Part shown: one piece after another, positions 27,014-40,635 of the stretch
Numbering within the stretch: the stretch's first letter is position 1
Layout of the letters: each line of letters opens with the position of its first letter
Assembly: GCA_003427395.1 (NCBI GenBank)
Contig: BFEA01000013.1
Coordinates: 6,621,038-6,685,037, forward strand
Reading direction: 5' to 3'
Length of the DNA: 64,000 bases
Source of the DNA: Chara braunii
Taxonomy: Eukaryota; Plantae; Charophyceae
The notes under the pieces: generated by a model
Databases searched by the model: none
What the model saw: the letters and a program-made list of their open reading frames with translations, nothing else
Told to the model about the DNA's origin: nothing
Position numbers and translations under genes: made by a program

Positions 27014-28171
27014 CTCTGCATCGTCGTCTTCTTCGTCATCATCCTCCGCCTCTTCCTCTTCCCCGTCCTCCGCTGCATCCTCGTCCTGATCTTCATCCTC
27101 TTCCGGTTCGTCTTCATCGTCTTCGTCTTCGTCATCGTCTTCATCCTCTTCGACATCGCCGTGCATTCCGACAGTCCTGGACTGTATTGTCATTCCCGCC
27201 CCCGGGGTTGCACCAACCGCTTCTTCATCCTCCTCTTCCTCGTCTTCCTCGCTCTCCGCGTCCTCTTCCTCACCTTCCATCTCCTCTTCATCGCCGTCCT
27301 CTGCGTCTTCTAACTCGACATCCTCGCCGTCCCCATCCTGATCATCCTCCTCTTCCTCGGAGCCTTCACCTGACCCCTCCTCACCGACAGCAATGGGCGC
27401 GTTACCAGCGTGTCCAAACGATGCAGCTGCTGCTGCTTGGGACGGGTTACCATCCTCATCCTCTTCCTCTTCCTCCTCCTCTTCCTCGTCCTCCTCTTCG
27501 TCCTCTTCGTCCTCTTCTTCCTCCTCGCCTTCTTCCTGATCTCCCTCGTCCTCCTCCTCGTCCTCCTCCAGCAACGTCTGCGCACCTTGTTTCACAGCAA
27601 ATCGCCCGTCCTCTCCGTCACCATCCTCTAGGACGTCATCTCCATTTTCCTCTGCCTCTTCCTCATCGTCATACTCTTCGTCCTCGTCGTCCGTCTCTGG
27701 CCGCTCATTGTTCTCGGCGTCCACCTTGTCCAGGTAGCGCAGCGACTTGATCATGCTGAACACCTGGCTTTTGTAATCCGGCAGTCTTGTCACCGGACAC
27801 TCGTATAGGTCGAGAGACTCTATTTTCAACTCCGCTAGAGGTTGTAAATCGGCCAACGTCTGGATTCTGTTGTTGCTCAGGTCAAGCTCCCTCAGCGACG
27901 TTAACCCCGCCTTGACCAGGTGCTCCAGCCCCGTCGAAATCCGATTATCGCTTAAAGTGAGAGAGCGAAGATTGGGTAAGTGCGGAAAGTTGTCCAGCGA
28001 CGAGAGTCCCACGCTGCTCAAGGATAGCTCCTTCAGATTCTTATACCCGTCCAACGACAACACTTGCGTGCACTTCAGCTTATTATCCAGGTTCAGGCTC
28101 TGCGTCTGCTCCGGAGGATGACCACCCGCAACAAGCCGCGCAGCTTCCACCGCCTTTTCCCACCCATCCAT
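27014..28171 (-). CDS. ANP32: ANP32-family (acidic leucine-rich nuclear phosphoprotein 32-related) protein, coding exon 1 (386 codons): N-terminal LRRs plus LRR cap, then an Asp/Glu-rich tail
   Basis: Translation MDGWEKAVEAA...LRSLTLSDNRISTGLEHLVKAGLTSLRELDLSNNRIQ...SLDLYECPVTRLPDYKSQVF...LRYLDKVDAENNERPE matches the plant ANP32 LRR/LRRcap pattern as I recall it, followed by a long D/E tract. Donor GAG|GTGCGT (GT at 27013-27012) lies exactly where the acidic composition stops. Confidence 0.93.
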
Positions 28172-30010
28172 CCCTCCACTTTTGCTAGATCACCTGCTCA
28201 ACCTCAAGCGATTGCAGGCCGCCACGTGACGTCCACGTCCTTACGGTTGGCGCGGTGAAATCCAAAAGAGAGAATGGTGGAGTCGTGGATTCGTTCCTGA
28301 GATGCGAACAACGAGAGGGGAGGGAGCACGGACGGATCAGTCGGACCGGAGAGATAGAGGCAATCGCAAACGGCCACTTCACACTCGTCGACTTCCTTCC
28401 GTTCCGCACGGAGAAGGCCAATTCCGACAACACCAAACTGCACAGTTCGTTTCTTGCATGAGAACAAACAGAGGAGAAAGGGAGAACCAAGGACGATAAG
28501 CGAGACAGGATAGAGTACTGGAGAGAGAACCAGAAGGAGCAGAACAGGGGAGGAGGATGCGGACGAGGGAAAAAAAATGAACGAGTTTAGACCTGCTGGA
28601 CCCCTCAATGTCCAAGAATTCCGTACCTCCACAGTTAAATGACGTAGGCAGTCTGCCGACTGTCACTGGAAGGCGAGAATAGCCACTGCCGACCAGTGAG
28701 CCTCACTGCAATCCCGTGTGACGTTCCCGCCACCCCCCTCTTCGTCGAACACCTGTTCTTCCAGTTTTTCGTTTCCGGCTTCCCGCCGATCTCGATAGGT
28801 CCTACGCTGAATTCAGCGCACGAAGTCATAGATGCTCCTCCCTTGCCTCTTGAAATGCTCTCCTTCTCGCACGGCGCCAACCAAGAGAACTAACAATCAG
28901 TCACCCGAAACTGCGAGAGTGAAGATGAATGGCAGGTAACCAAGAGCGCCCTTCCACGCAGGGGACAACAGACTCCCCTTACCGGCACGCCGATTTCTTC
29001 CTTTGGAATCCCCAACACCCCACAGCTTCCTTTCCTCCTGAGCGAGCTGCCGCTCATACAGCACGGCTCAATGTCGCTGAATGACGGGGCTCCGCTCCGT
29101 TCTCGACCCCCGCCGCGAGCAACATCTGCGCCACCCCTCCTCCTAGCAGGACGTCAGTACGCTCCTTCCGCATCCGTCGCCCCGGGCTAGCTGATCGGAA
29201 GACCGCCCGTGCTCGCAGCCAAGGTGGTCATCCTGTGAGCCGAACCAGATCGCCGCGGAAGTGTACGACACAAGGGCCCCGTGTGCGGCGAGCGTGAGCG
29301 CCTCACACCGGAACACACTCCTCAAGCGCCACTCCCCCCGTTGCTCCGCGACTTGCCCCGCCTTCCGCCTCTCCTCTCACTTCCTGGGTGATCGCCTCCC
29401 CAACCTCGTACCATTTCCGCCGCCGCGCAAACAATTGGTGTGTCCCAGAGCTGTCCCCGGCGCGCCCACCGGAGGTACCCACCGCGGTTCTCTCCCATCC
29501 GGGGCGCTTTCCCGCATGTGTTGTTCCCACCGGCACCCAGTCGGCCTGACCAGACCCGACAGACCCGAACCTGCGCCTCAGGGATTGGCCTTCCACCGCT
29601 CCCCGCCCGGCCCTCCTCTCCCAAGTCCCCCCACCGCCAGAGGTTACCCGCGCAGCTTCCGCCGCTCCGCCTCCAGCTGGTCTCATGCACGCAATGCAAA
29701 CGGACCTCAACAGCGGGCAGCCGTTCGGGTCGACGCTCCCGCAACGGATCGTTTTCGACATTCTCCCCGCGAGCTGGCGGGGTCCATTCGCCCCATCGCA
29801 TGGAGGCCGGAGCGACCTTATTCCGCTTATGGTAAAAGGCCTGATGAGTGAGCTGCTTCTCACCCGCCAGCATGAAACGGGCTTTCCCAATGCACAAACG
29901 CACCTGCGACGCTCTGCCGTCCCCATCTTCTGGTGGACCGGCGGGCTGACAAGCTCAGACCGGCGCCCTATACTGCTCCTCGGTAAAACCACGAGGAGCC
30001 CCAGTGTCGT

Positions 30011-30170
30011 CCCACTCTCTTCAGCCAGGCTCTGGTGGTGCTAATTGACTTACCGTGAGCGTCCTGGTGAGCAGGCCGTAGTTTGCACGTGCCATTCCCA
30101 CTCTCTTCAGCCAGGCTCTGGTAGTGCTAATTGACTTACCGTGAGGGTCCTGGTGAGCAGGCCGTTGTTT
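30011..30170. repeat. 86-bp tandem duplication, with a third partial copy near 30505
   Basis: CCCACTCTCTTCAGCCAGGCTCTGGT...TTGACTTACCGTGAG...GCAGGCCGT at 30011 and 30097. Confidence 0.85.
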
Positions 30171-31479
30171 GAATGTGCGCATGGTTGCAGGAGGGTAAGG
30201 GTGCTGGGTGGGTGGATGTGTGTGTGTGTGTCTTGTGATATGTTCAGGTACATATCACAATATTTGTGACATAACAAAAGGTGAGCCAAAACGGTTTTTA
30301 GATGGAGTACCATTTGCGCCTGTGTCTAACAAAAGGTGGGCCAAGACGGTTTTTCGAAGATGCGAGGACATGGAATTTCATTGAGACACAGGTGCGAATG
30401 GTACTCAGTTCTGTTCTTGTGCTATTGATAATCTTTTCAGGTGTAGACAATATGGGCTAAATGCATGGATAGGAGAAGAGACGAGTTTGGAATCTTATTA
30501 CTTGATTGACTTACCGTGAGGGCACGGGTGCGCAGCCCATAGTTTGTATATGCTTGATTGATAAAGGAGGCGTTATTGGTAAGGTTTAGAAGTAGGGTGA
30601 TTGTTGCATGAAAAAAATGAGTATTTGTGTGTATGTATCAAGATTAGTGTGTGTGTGTTTGTGTGATACTTAGGGTGTTTGTGTTTATCACCTCTGTTAG
30701 TGTTGGAATGTGTGGGATTTAGGTAATTTGTATGATGTTTGACATACCTTGATTCATAGTTGGTGTCGAGGCTGGTGGTCCTTGAATCTTGGTCCATATG
30801 TCGTATATGTGTGTGCTTGAGTGTTGTTGTAAGTTTTTTTTTTCATTCAATAAAAGTTATTTTGTCACATGCGACTCACTCAATCGGGCGCTGAACGTGT
30901 GGGGCGTTGAATACGTTCACGATCACACACATCTGTTGGCACTTGCAAAAGCAATGCAGGTGTGTTGTTTCAACCTGCGGCCAAGGCCGCGCCCTTCCCG
31001 ATTCAGACTTTTCCTCTTTTCCACCTTGTCGTTGCTTTGCCACCGTTTCGACCAAAACCCAGCGTGCGGTCCCACAGGCAGTTACCGGTCCTGCATTTTT
31101 CAAAGAAACTGCCACCCCCCCCCAAAGTGTCGTGCCTGCACCTGCCTGCATTTTTCGAACCAAATGAGCCCGAGTCAACGACCGGCATAACGAAGGACGA
31201 CGAAAATATCTCGGGGGGGAAACGTCTCGGGGGGCAAACATCTCGGGGGGGGGGAACGCAGCCCGTCACCTCAAACTGAATTGGGCGCTCATAGTAAGGT
31301 CTGGACCCCACAGGAATGGGAAAATTGTCTACCGTGCAGGTGCGGGGAACGCAACCCTAAGGTAGTCAAAGCAATGAGACTAAGCGCGCACACGAGCGAG
31401 AGAAAGGGGGGGGGGGGGGGGGCTACCAGAGAGAAAAGAAAGAGAGCGAGAGACAGAGAGACAGAAAGGTTGAATGGCA

Positions 31480-32230
31480 AAATTGAAACATGGGTCAAAT
31501 TACGACCGCGATTTATTTCCCAGTTAAAACTTTATTTAAACTTTTTGTTGGAAAGATCTCAATAAAATTTTCGAGTCGTCCAGTTTTCAGCATTATCCAA
31601 ACATTCTTCAGAGCGCGAAAAATCACTGAAGTTGGAGTACATTTTCCTTTGCCCACACATGTATGAATGCCAAAAATAGAAATTATGTTGAATCTGCATG
31701 ACGATTATTTCGCAGTCTTAGTGATTTTTAAAAATGTTTCTGATATTTTTATTGGAAAGATCATGGTCTAACCTATGGATTCTCAAATTTTCATATTTTT
31801 TTGCGAATCCTTCTAAGCAGAAACAATTGTCAAAGTTATCTCTTGCAAATTGCAGGACTAGACCCGCCAGTACCCCTTATGTGCAGGGGCCTAGTGGAAG
31901 GCAACGCTCACGCTCGTCCGCATCAGACCCTGCCTCAACGCCTGGAAATAAGGGCATTGGACCCTTTTTTTTTCCCGCTTTCACCCGAGGACAGGTCCTT
32001 CCTTTTTCCAAAAGTCACGGTTCTAGAAGAGCTAGTTGTAGGTCGTTCTCAATATCTTGTAGGACCGGTCCCCAAAAAATTCCCAGAACCCGCTTGCATT
32101 TTGATCCCCAACCGCCGAAAATGCAACACCTTTACACAGACGTCGAAGCTCACTATATCATAGCCTTAGGGCTGCGGACTTTGTCGCAACACTGTTTCCA
32201 GGACCCCACAACGCACGAAAGAGGTCCTGA
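31480..32230. repeat. Dispersed repeat family copy 3 (reverse complement of ~60-1040)
   Basis: For example gcccacacat / ttggagtac / gattatttcgcagtct mirror 780-870, and ggtccttcctttttcca...gccttagggctgcg mirrors 185-375. Confidence 0.75.
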
Positions 32231-33040
32231 AAAGTTACTAATTTTTTTGCGGAATTGTTTCCTTAGACCCCACAACCCATGTTTTTTGGCCTGGAAGAGG
32301 ACATGAATCTGTTTTCACATAGTTTGTGGGCTGGAAAAGTTTCACTAGAGGGATTTTCGCAACGATTTTGTGTCGAGTGTACAGTGTGGAGAGGGACGGC
32401 ATCTCAAAAGTTTCCAAGGTCCCCTCCCCCAGTTGGGCGAGAACGTGTCTGCCCACGGACCTTGTGCTGGTCCGGGAGCATAGTGATGTCGCCTACCTAT
32501 TGTCTTACGGTATTACATGACCACTCGAACAAACCACTACTTTTCTTTCTAGGACGATGGACAGGGATGTTTCCTCTTATGGACAATTTCTAAGTCATTT
32601 TGCCGCAAAACTCGCTCTGCGGTGGGTTCCCCACATAACTCTTTCCGGACTTTCTAAAATTATTCCACCGTATTTTTTAGGCAGAAGTCTTTTCCAGTGG
32701 AATTCATGTGGGGTCCAAGCCTAAGCAAGATTAAAACTGAAATACTACAAATGCAAACATAAATTAACCTAACAAAATACTACAAATAAAAAACACGAAG
32801 CATACACACAACCTTCCAAAAAAACAATTATCACTCTCATAAATTTCCTTACGAAAAATTAGCAAAAACAAAAAGAAACGAACCCAAAAAGCAAGAAGGA
32901 CCACCTAGAAACCCCCTATGAAATGCAAAAATAGAAAACGACTCGTACACGCATTCCTATAATAACCAACATCTTGCAACATCGTTGTCGGGGCCGAAAC
33001 CCTAATAAGGGTATCTGTCGGGTGTTTCAAGTGTCAAATG

Positions 33041-33152
33041 TTGTCCGACTGGTTAGAAAAAGTGACCAAATATAAGGGTTTGATGAAATCGAGATGTCTG
33101 CTTAGGATACCATTCGGGTCAAGTTTATGATAAGTGTGCGGAGGCGCGATAA

Positions 33153-33214
<62 letters not shown>

Positions 33215-33352
33215 TCGGATATTGTCCGTCTGGTCAGAAAAAATGACAAAATATAAGGGCTTGATGAAATTGAGATGTCTGCTTAAGGTACCCGTTCGGG
33301 CCAATTTTATGAGAAGTGCGCGGAGGCGTGATAAAAAAATAAAATAAAATAA
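33041..33352. repeat. Two ~110-bp direct repeats each ending in an A-rich tail; (AAT)n at 33152-33210
   Basis: TTGTCCG...AAATATAAGGG.TTGATGAAAT.GAGATGTCTGCTTA...CGGAGGCG.GATAAAA occurs twice. Confidence 0.85.
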
Positions 33353-34223
33353 TACAGCCCCGTCAAGGCCACGATCGATTGAGTTGGCTAAAGGTTCATG
33401 CCCAACCCTAATGATTTTAGGCGAGGTAAATTTAGGCTCCGTGTCTATCCATTGGTAGGTCAGTCTGCCAATTTAAGTTGGGGGTGGAGTGCCCGTATGG
33501 ACCAAGGGTGGGGCGTTAGCCTCTAAAAAGGCTCAGGCATGTTGAGCTTGTTGAGTCGCAGAGAGGCTAACTGCTAGGGCGAGATCTTCAAACTGAAAAG
33601 TTTCTCCTCCTACGTCTGTAGTAGGAGCTAGCCCAATAGGTAAGATATTAGACTCATATGTTGCAGATGCAGATATCGAATTTGATATCCCTCTGCTGGG
33701 CTAGCTCCTTTTACAGGAGCAACCCACGAGGGTGGACCACTTGGGCGCAGGTCATCTCGACCGCATGATCATCAAGATCGTGCAGTTGAGATCAGTCGCG
33801 CCACCATGACCCTCGCAAGCATGACATGCATAAACTGAGAAAAAATTCAACCTCTTTTTTTCTTATTTCGTTGGTTTGTTTGTTCCGCTTGGAATCGAAC
33901 ATGGGTTGTATTTCAATAGGTCGCGGAGCACTAACGACCCCATTAGCAACACCCTCCCTCGTTGGCAGGGCCATAAAAAAATTAAAAACTAATAATAATA
34001 AATTTAAAAAAACTAGGGAAAACGGGATTCACACTTAAAAAAAAAAACTGTTATTTTCAGTCGTGCACCAATATTACCGAGGCGATTTCTGTTTCTATTG
34101 GAAAAACAAATGTCAGCACCTCGACACTCAGACTATATGCCTGGATTTTTTTATTTTTTTTTATTCAGTAAATTTTAAATTAAAAATCTTCAAAGTCGGG
34201 GTACTTTTGGTGTTCCCCCCCTT

Positions 34224-34633
34224 TGATCATAGCGGGGTTTGAACTCGTGAATTGCCATGATCCAACGTGCCTCTGGCTGCCGTGGCCTTGAGCCAGGAAT
34301 ATCTAGTTATTTTGCCTGTTCGGCCTGTGGGTCCAGGCCGTGGCCTGACCCCACAGGCCATGTGCTTATTCGGTCCAATCCAGTCATGCGCGGTACCACT
34401 GTCGACAGCAGGGCAATCCAATCCAGTTCAATTAGTACGCTGGGGTTATACCCCAACCGCAGTCTGTTTTCTATTCATTCTTCATTTGCACAGTTTGGGG
34501 TACGTGCGTGTCGAGTCTGCGTCGGAGTTGCGCTGTCCCTTCCAACTTCATCTCCATCTCCCTCAACCTCATCCCTTAGTCTTGATCCTAACGGACCGCC
34601 ATCCCAGCGGGGTCCGTCATACTGGTATCAGAG
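34224..34633 (+). mobile_element. LTR retrotransposon remnant: LTR 3' end plus tRNA-iMet primer-binding site
   Basis: ...CCGTCA(34619) tac TGGTATCAGAG (34623-34633), an 11-nt match to the canonical iMet PBS TGGTATCAGAGC. The 5' LTR boundary is a guess. Confidence 0.5.
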
Positions 34634-37600
34634 ATGGAATGTTCCCTACTCTTGCCCATCCCTCCCTTTACAGCACCAAATCCCGACAACGGGATTTTTC
34701 GGTATTTTTGAGCTGTAGACGGGAAAAAAGAGAGAAAAAAACAACAAAAACAAGGAAGAGCGACACATGGCAGAAAAAGGAGAGGTGCCGTCACGACGCG
34801 CCACGACAAGGCCATCGCACGGGCACGCGCCATGTGCCCATGCTACCCCGCCTTGTCCCTGCCTCGCCCCCAGATTTTATATATATTGATCCGGGAGTGC
34901 AGCTGCCAGGGTTTGAACTTGGGTGGTTGTTGCTCATGCGTGTGCGTAGCCGGTACTCTAACGCACTAGCCAAAGCCACAATATGAACAGATAATGTAAC
35001 ATGTTGGTGTTTAAAAGGGCCATGCCTACTATTTACTCCCCCGTCGGCGAGAGGCGAGCAACGACCAACATGACAACAGTTGGTGGACTGCTATTTGCCC
35101 CCCCACCCCTCGTCATGGCTGCTGTTGTCTGCTCACGTGACCATGATGATTACTATTTTATTTTTATTTTTCCTATTGTTGCAGGGTCAATTTAACAACA
35201 GTGAAGACCACCCTAGTTAGGGGGTTGCGCGACTGTGCAATCAGGGTGGCTGATCAAGATTTCAGCTAATTCTAGATTATTCTCATCATAATTTTCTTGC
35301 GGCAGCAGCAGGCCGTCAATACCTTGAAGCCTAAAATTTTGTGGATCTTGGTGACCTTGTTTGCTTTTGGCCAACCAAGAGTATAGTATCACTCTCTGCT
35401 CACTAATGTACTATTTCCCAACCCTTTTATCTCTCTCCCCTCCACCCTCTAATCATTTTATTCTCTCTACCACTAGCCCTCACCATACCCCACTTTCCTC
35501 TCTTCTTTTCTTCAATTCTCTCCTCTTCTTCCCACTGTTGTCTCATACCCCTCCCTCTCCATTAACTTCCACCATTTTTTTCTCTCCTTTCCTCGTCACT
35601 CTCTCACTCTCTTCCACTAATCTTATTTTTCCCTTTCCACCTTTCCCATTTCCTTCTCATTCTCTCACTCTCACCTCCCTCTTTCTTCCTTTTACTTCAA
35701 CCCTATGATCCCCCTTATCTACCATTTTAAACTTTCTTTGTTTCTAACCTCTCTTTCATTTTTTTCAACTCTCTCTCACCACTTTCCCCCAAACCTTCAA
35801 TTTTGTTCTTCTCATTCTCTTTGATTTACTTTTTTTTTTTCAAAAACAAATCGAAAATTTTTCTCCCCTTATTCTTCATCATCTTAGATCAAGGTTCAGC
35901 CTGTCCCTTTTTACCACAATTTTATTTTTAATTCATGCTTTCTTCAATTGGTGATAAACTATAGTCAGACGATCCAATCTTATGGAAAAATATCTGACTA
36001 GCCTACTCATAAATAAAATAGTATAAAATATAAACAAATTTATCCCTTTGGTTCCAGCATGTGCATGGCTCCAGTCCAGACCTCACAATTTTATGAGAAC
36101 CTGTCCGGTCTACTGCCCGACTTTCCCTCAAAATAAAACAAAGAGAGTTAGAGTTATTCAATCTTGTGGAACGTGCCCAACCCTCTTTTAGAAGTCAATA
36201 AAACATAAGAAAACCCAAAGAAAACAAGGCAACCAAGCCATCGAATCTTATAGAAGTCTGCTCGGTTCATGAAAAAGTCAATCGCATGTAGCCCTCGCAA
36301 GTCAAAGCAACCAGACCACCCAATTTTATGAGAATATGTCTGGTCCTTCAAACAATCAAAGATAAACATAGTACAGGACCCTCCAATCTTATGGAGACTC
36401 TCCTAACCTTTGGTTGACCTAGTCAAACTCAGACAATACCACATTCCTCTCACCTTTCCCCCGAATGCAACCCCTTTTCACAATTTGTTTTCAGTCAATA
36501 CAACAAAACTGAAACTGAAATTACACAAATATTCCTTTATTAAGTCTGATTTGTGTTTTGATAGTCAAACATAAAGTCAAAGGAGGGATGTAGACAATAT
36601 ACTCAGTCAACCATAATAAAAAGTAAAGATATCGGTTATAACCGGGTTTATAGATGAAAAACAAATGGTAACCTCTCAGTTTCCTGCCTCCCGAACTCCT
36701 CTTGAGTTCCGACAGAGCTTCTGCAACCGATGGGCAAACTCCCCACAAATCCTGATGTGGGCCTACGTGTTGCAATCCCGCCTGCCGCCTTCCTCTCTGA
36801 ACAAGATTGTACTTAGCGTAAGAACGCCAGACGGAGGGGTTTCAGAATCTCGAGATACAGGAGAGGGCCTTGTTATCTTCCATCGCCTGAGGGCCCCGCA
36901 ATGGTAGCCAATAAACGCAGCAAAACAGCTTGACCACAGCCAAAAAGCAGAGTACCTCCCTCCTAACAGACCTCCAAATTGCAGTAATGATCCACTTTAC
37001 ACGAACCGCCGCTATGTAGCCAAGGAAAAAAAACAACTTTGAATAGAGTGTACCCCCGTGCTGTATTTAGAGTGCAGGTGAGGCTCCGTGATACTTCAGT
37101 CAAATAACAACGCACACATTAGTTGTGCGCAACAGCAAAGCAAAATTGCAATACCCAACAATGAACTCCACGGTGAACCACCGTAATACGCACCAATGCA
37201 CAACTAGGTGTAGCGCTGCTCAATAGTAAGCCGAGTCAAGACAAAGCATTGCCAAGACAAACTCGACAATGCACAATGTTGCAAGAAACATTCTGTATAA
37301 CAGTTGCACCTTCTTTCGAGTAGGCCAACAAAAGTCTATCGAGTGATCTACAGTCTCATCCTATCGATGGATCATCAGTCTCCAGTATGAGAAACAAAAT
37401 GTCTGAATGAAAACTATAGATGTCGGAGATAGCACTATGAAGAACGGATAAGACCAGTTGCTTTGTTGTATTACCTCATAGAGACGTTCATGTAATAATT
37501 ATTTGTAGCTAAACAATCAGCTATCACAACAACGCTCATGGTTAATGGACCCCGAACCCCGAAAATTTATCGAAGTGAACAACGAAGCTTGTTCGCAAAA

Positions 37601-37789
37601 TGTTCGTGAATTCATGGTTTATAAACCCGAATTCGTGTTTTGTGCTGGTGAAGATGAAATCCATGTTTACGAATTCGTGCTTTTAAGACCCGAAAATAAC
37701 ATTAAAGTGATAGACAATCATGATAAGTTTGTGGCGGAAGTTATAACTTAGTGATCTTCGAAGTTGTAGATTAACGTATGTCTAAGATT

Positions 37790-40635
37790 TATGGATTTCG
37801 GGATATCAATCGCACTTTCGGATTTCAAGATTTTACTTATACATTTTTCGAAGTTATATCTTAATGTGCATTCGGGATTTCACTACCGAAATTGCACTTC
37901 GGGATTTTAAAATTTTACCTTTTCGTTGTTCAAAGTTATATCCACACGTTCATTCGGGATTTCGTCACCGAAATTGCATTTCATGATTTCAAGATTTCAA
38001 TTCGCCGTTTTTTGAAGTTATATTTGCATGTCTATTTGGAATTTTGCTACCGAAATTACACTTCAGGATTTCAAGATTTCGCTCTTCGGGATTTTATAAT
38101 TTTACTTAGTCGGTTCTTAAAGTTATATCCGCATGTGCATTCGAGATTTTGCTCAAAATCACACTTCGAAATTTCACGATTTTACCTTAACCGTTTTTTC
38201 GGCTATATTTGCATGTGCGTTCGGAATCTTGCTATCGAAATCGCACTTCACGATTTCGAAATTTCACTTTTCGGGATTTCATAATTTTACTTGGTTATTT
38301 TTCAAGTCATATCCGAACGTGCGTTCGAGATTTCACTACTGAAATCGCACTTCGGGATTTCAATATTTTACTTAGCCATTTTTCAAAGTTATATCCGTAT
38401 GTTAAGAATTTGTCACTGAAATCGCAATTCTAGATTTCACTTAGCCGTTTTTCGAAGTTATATCGGTACGCGAGTTCGGGATTTCACCACCGAAATCACA
38501 CTTAGGGATTTCAGGATTTTACTTAGCGAGTTTTCGAAGTTATATCCACACGTGCATTCCGAATTTCATGACTGAAATCCTAATTCGGAATTTCATGATT
38601 TTACTTAACTGTTTTTCGAAGTTGTATCCGCACGTGCATTTGAAATTTCGTTATAGAAATTGCATTTCATGATTTCGATATTTTACTTCGTCGTTTCTCG
38701 AAGTATATTTGCATATCCATTCGGGATCTCGCTACCGAAATTGCACTTCAGGATTCAAGATTTCGCTCTTCGGGCTTTTAAGATTTTACTCAATCGGTTC
38801 TCAAAGTTATATCTGCATGTGCATTCGGGAGTTCGCTACCGAAATCGCACTTCAAAATTTCAAGATTTTATCCACACGTGTGTTCGGGATTCTGCTACCG
38901 AAATCTAGCTTCGCGACTTCAAAATTTCGCTTTTCAAAATTTCAGGATTTTACTTAGTTATTTTTCGAAGTTATATGTGCACGTGCGTTCCAGATTTCGC
39001 TACTAAAATCGCACTTCGGGATTTCAATATTTTACTTAGCCGTTTTTCTAAGTTATATCCGCACTCGTGCTCTGGATTTCGCCATTGAAATTACACTTCG
39101 GGATTTTGTTATTTTACTTACCAATTTTTCGAAGTTATACTCATACGTGCATTCAGGATTCCATTACCTGAATCCCGATTCGGGATTTCATAATTTTACT
39201 TAGCCGTTTTTCAAAGTTGTATCCGCACGTGCATTCGGTATTTCGTTACCGAAATTAAATTTTATTATTTCGAGATATTACTTTGTCGTTTCTCGAAGTT
39301 ATACGTGTATGTCAATTTGGGATTTCGCTACCGAAATTGCACTTCAGGATTTAAAGATTTCGCTCTTCGGGATTTTAGGATTTTCCTTAGTAGGTTCCCA
39401 AAGTTATATCCGCATGTGCGTTCAGGATTTCGCTACCGAAATCGCACTTCAAGATTTCAAGGTTTACGTTAACCGTTTTTTTAAGTTATATCCGCACGTG
39501 TGTTCGGGATTTTGCTACCAAAATCGTATTTCACGATTTCAGGATTTCATTTTTCAAAATTTTAGGATTTTACTTAGCTATTTTTCGAAGTTATATCCGC
39601 ACATGCATTCGAGATTTCACTATTGAAATCGCATTTCGAGATTTCATGATTTTACTTAGCCATTTTTCAAAGTTATATCCGCATGTTCGTTCAGGATTTT
39701 GTCACCGAAATTTTAATTCGAGATTTCATTTAGCCATTTTTCGAAGTTATATCCGCACACGCGTTCAGGATTTCTTCACAAAAATCACACTTCAGGATTT
39801 TGGGATTTTACTCAACCATTTTTTAAAATTATATCCAAACGTGCATTTGGGATTTCGTTACCATAATCGGACTTCACGGTTTCATGATCTAAATTCGCTA
39901 TTTTTTGAAGTTATATCTGCAACTATGTTCAGGATTTCGCTACCGAAATCGCATTTCGGGATTATAGAATTTCGCTCTTCGGGATTTTAAGATTTTACGT
40001 AGGTGTTTTTCAAAGTTATATCCGCTCATGCGTTCGAGATTATGCTACCGAAATCGAACTTCGGGATTTCGAGATTTTACTTTGGTGTTTTTCAAAGTTA
40101 TATCCATACGTATTATCGGGTTTTCGCTACCGAAATCGCACTTTGAGATTTCAAAATTTCACTATTCGGAATTTTTCGGATATTGCTTAGTCGTTTTTCG
40201 ACGTTATATCCGAACGTGCATTCGGGATTTTGCTACCGAAATCGCACTTCGGGATTTCGGGATTACTTAGCCAGTTTTCAAAGTTATATCCGCACATGCA
40301 CTCAGGATTTCACTACCGAAATCGCACTTCGGGATTTTAAAATTTTATTAATTTGTTTTTAAAAGTTATATCCGCACGTGTATTCGGGATTTCGATACAA
40401 AAATCGCATTTCGAGATTTGAGGATCTTACATAGCCATTTTTTAAAGTCATAGCCACATGTACGCTCGAGATTTCGCTACCGAAATTGCACTTCGGGATT
40501 TTGAGATTTTACTTAGGCATTTTTCAAGGTTATATTTGCACGTGCATTCAGGATTTCACTACTGAAACCGCACTTTGGAATTTCAAGATTTTACTTACGT
40601 GTTTTCAAAGTCATATTCGCACGTCCGTTCGGAAT
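37790..40635 (+). repeat. Satellite array 1, ~82-bp monomer (some ~104 or ~70 bp), roughly 33 copies
   Basis: Consensus ~GTGCATTCGGGATTTCGCTACCGAAATCGCACTTCGGGATTTCAAGATTTTACTTAGCCGTTTTTCGAAGTTATATCCGCAC; AAGTTATA recurs at 37851, 37933, 38015 and onward. Confidence 0.95.

Noticed and set aside
28186-28200. Possible 5'-UTR splice acceptor (GAGCAG|GT) 22 nt upstream of the ATG
   Set aside because: No clear polypyrimidine tract or partner donor; unsupported without transcript data.
29835-29890. CTGATGA-GTGAG...CTCAC...GAAAC hammerhead-like motif
   Set aside because: Ten extra nucleotides separate stem II from GAAA and no cleavage-site stem is evident.
29261-30044. Overlapping 120-230 aa ORFs on both strands upstream of ANP32
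   Set aside because: GC-rich sequence with few stops; Pro/Arg/Gly-rich translations without a recognisable domain.
37545-37751. 68-aa protein-like ORF before array 1
   Set aside because: Short, no recognisable motif, and built partly from repeated GAATTCRTG words.
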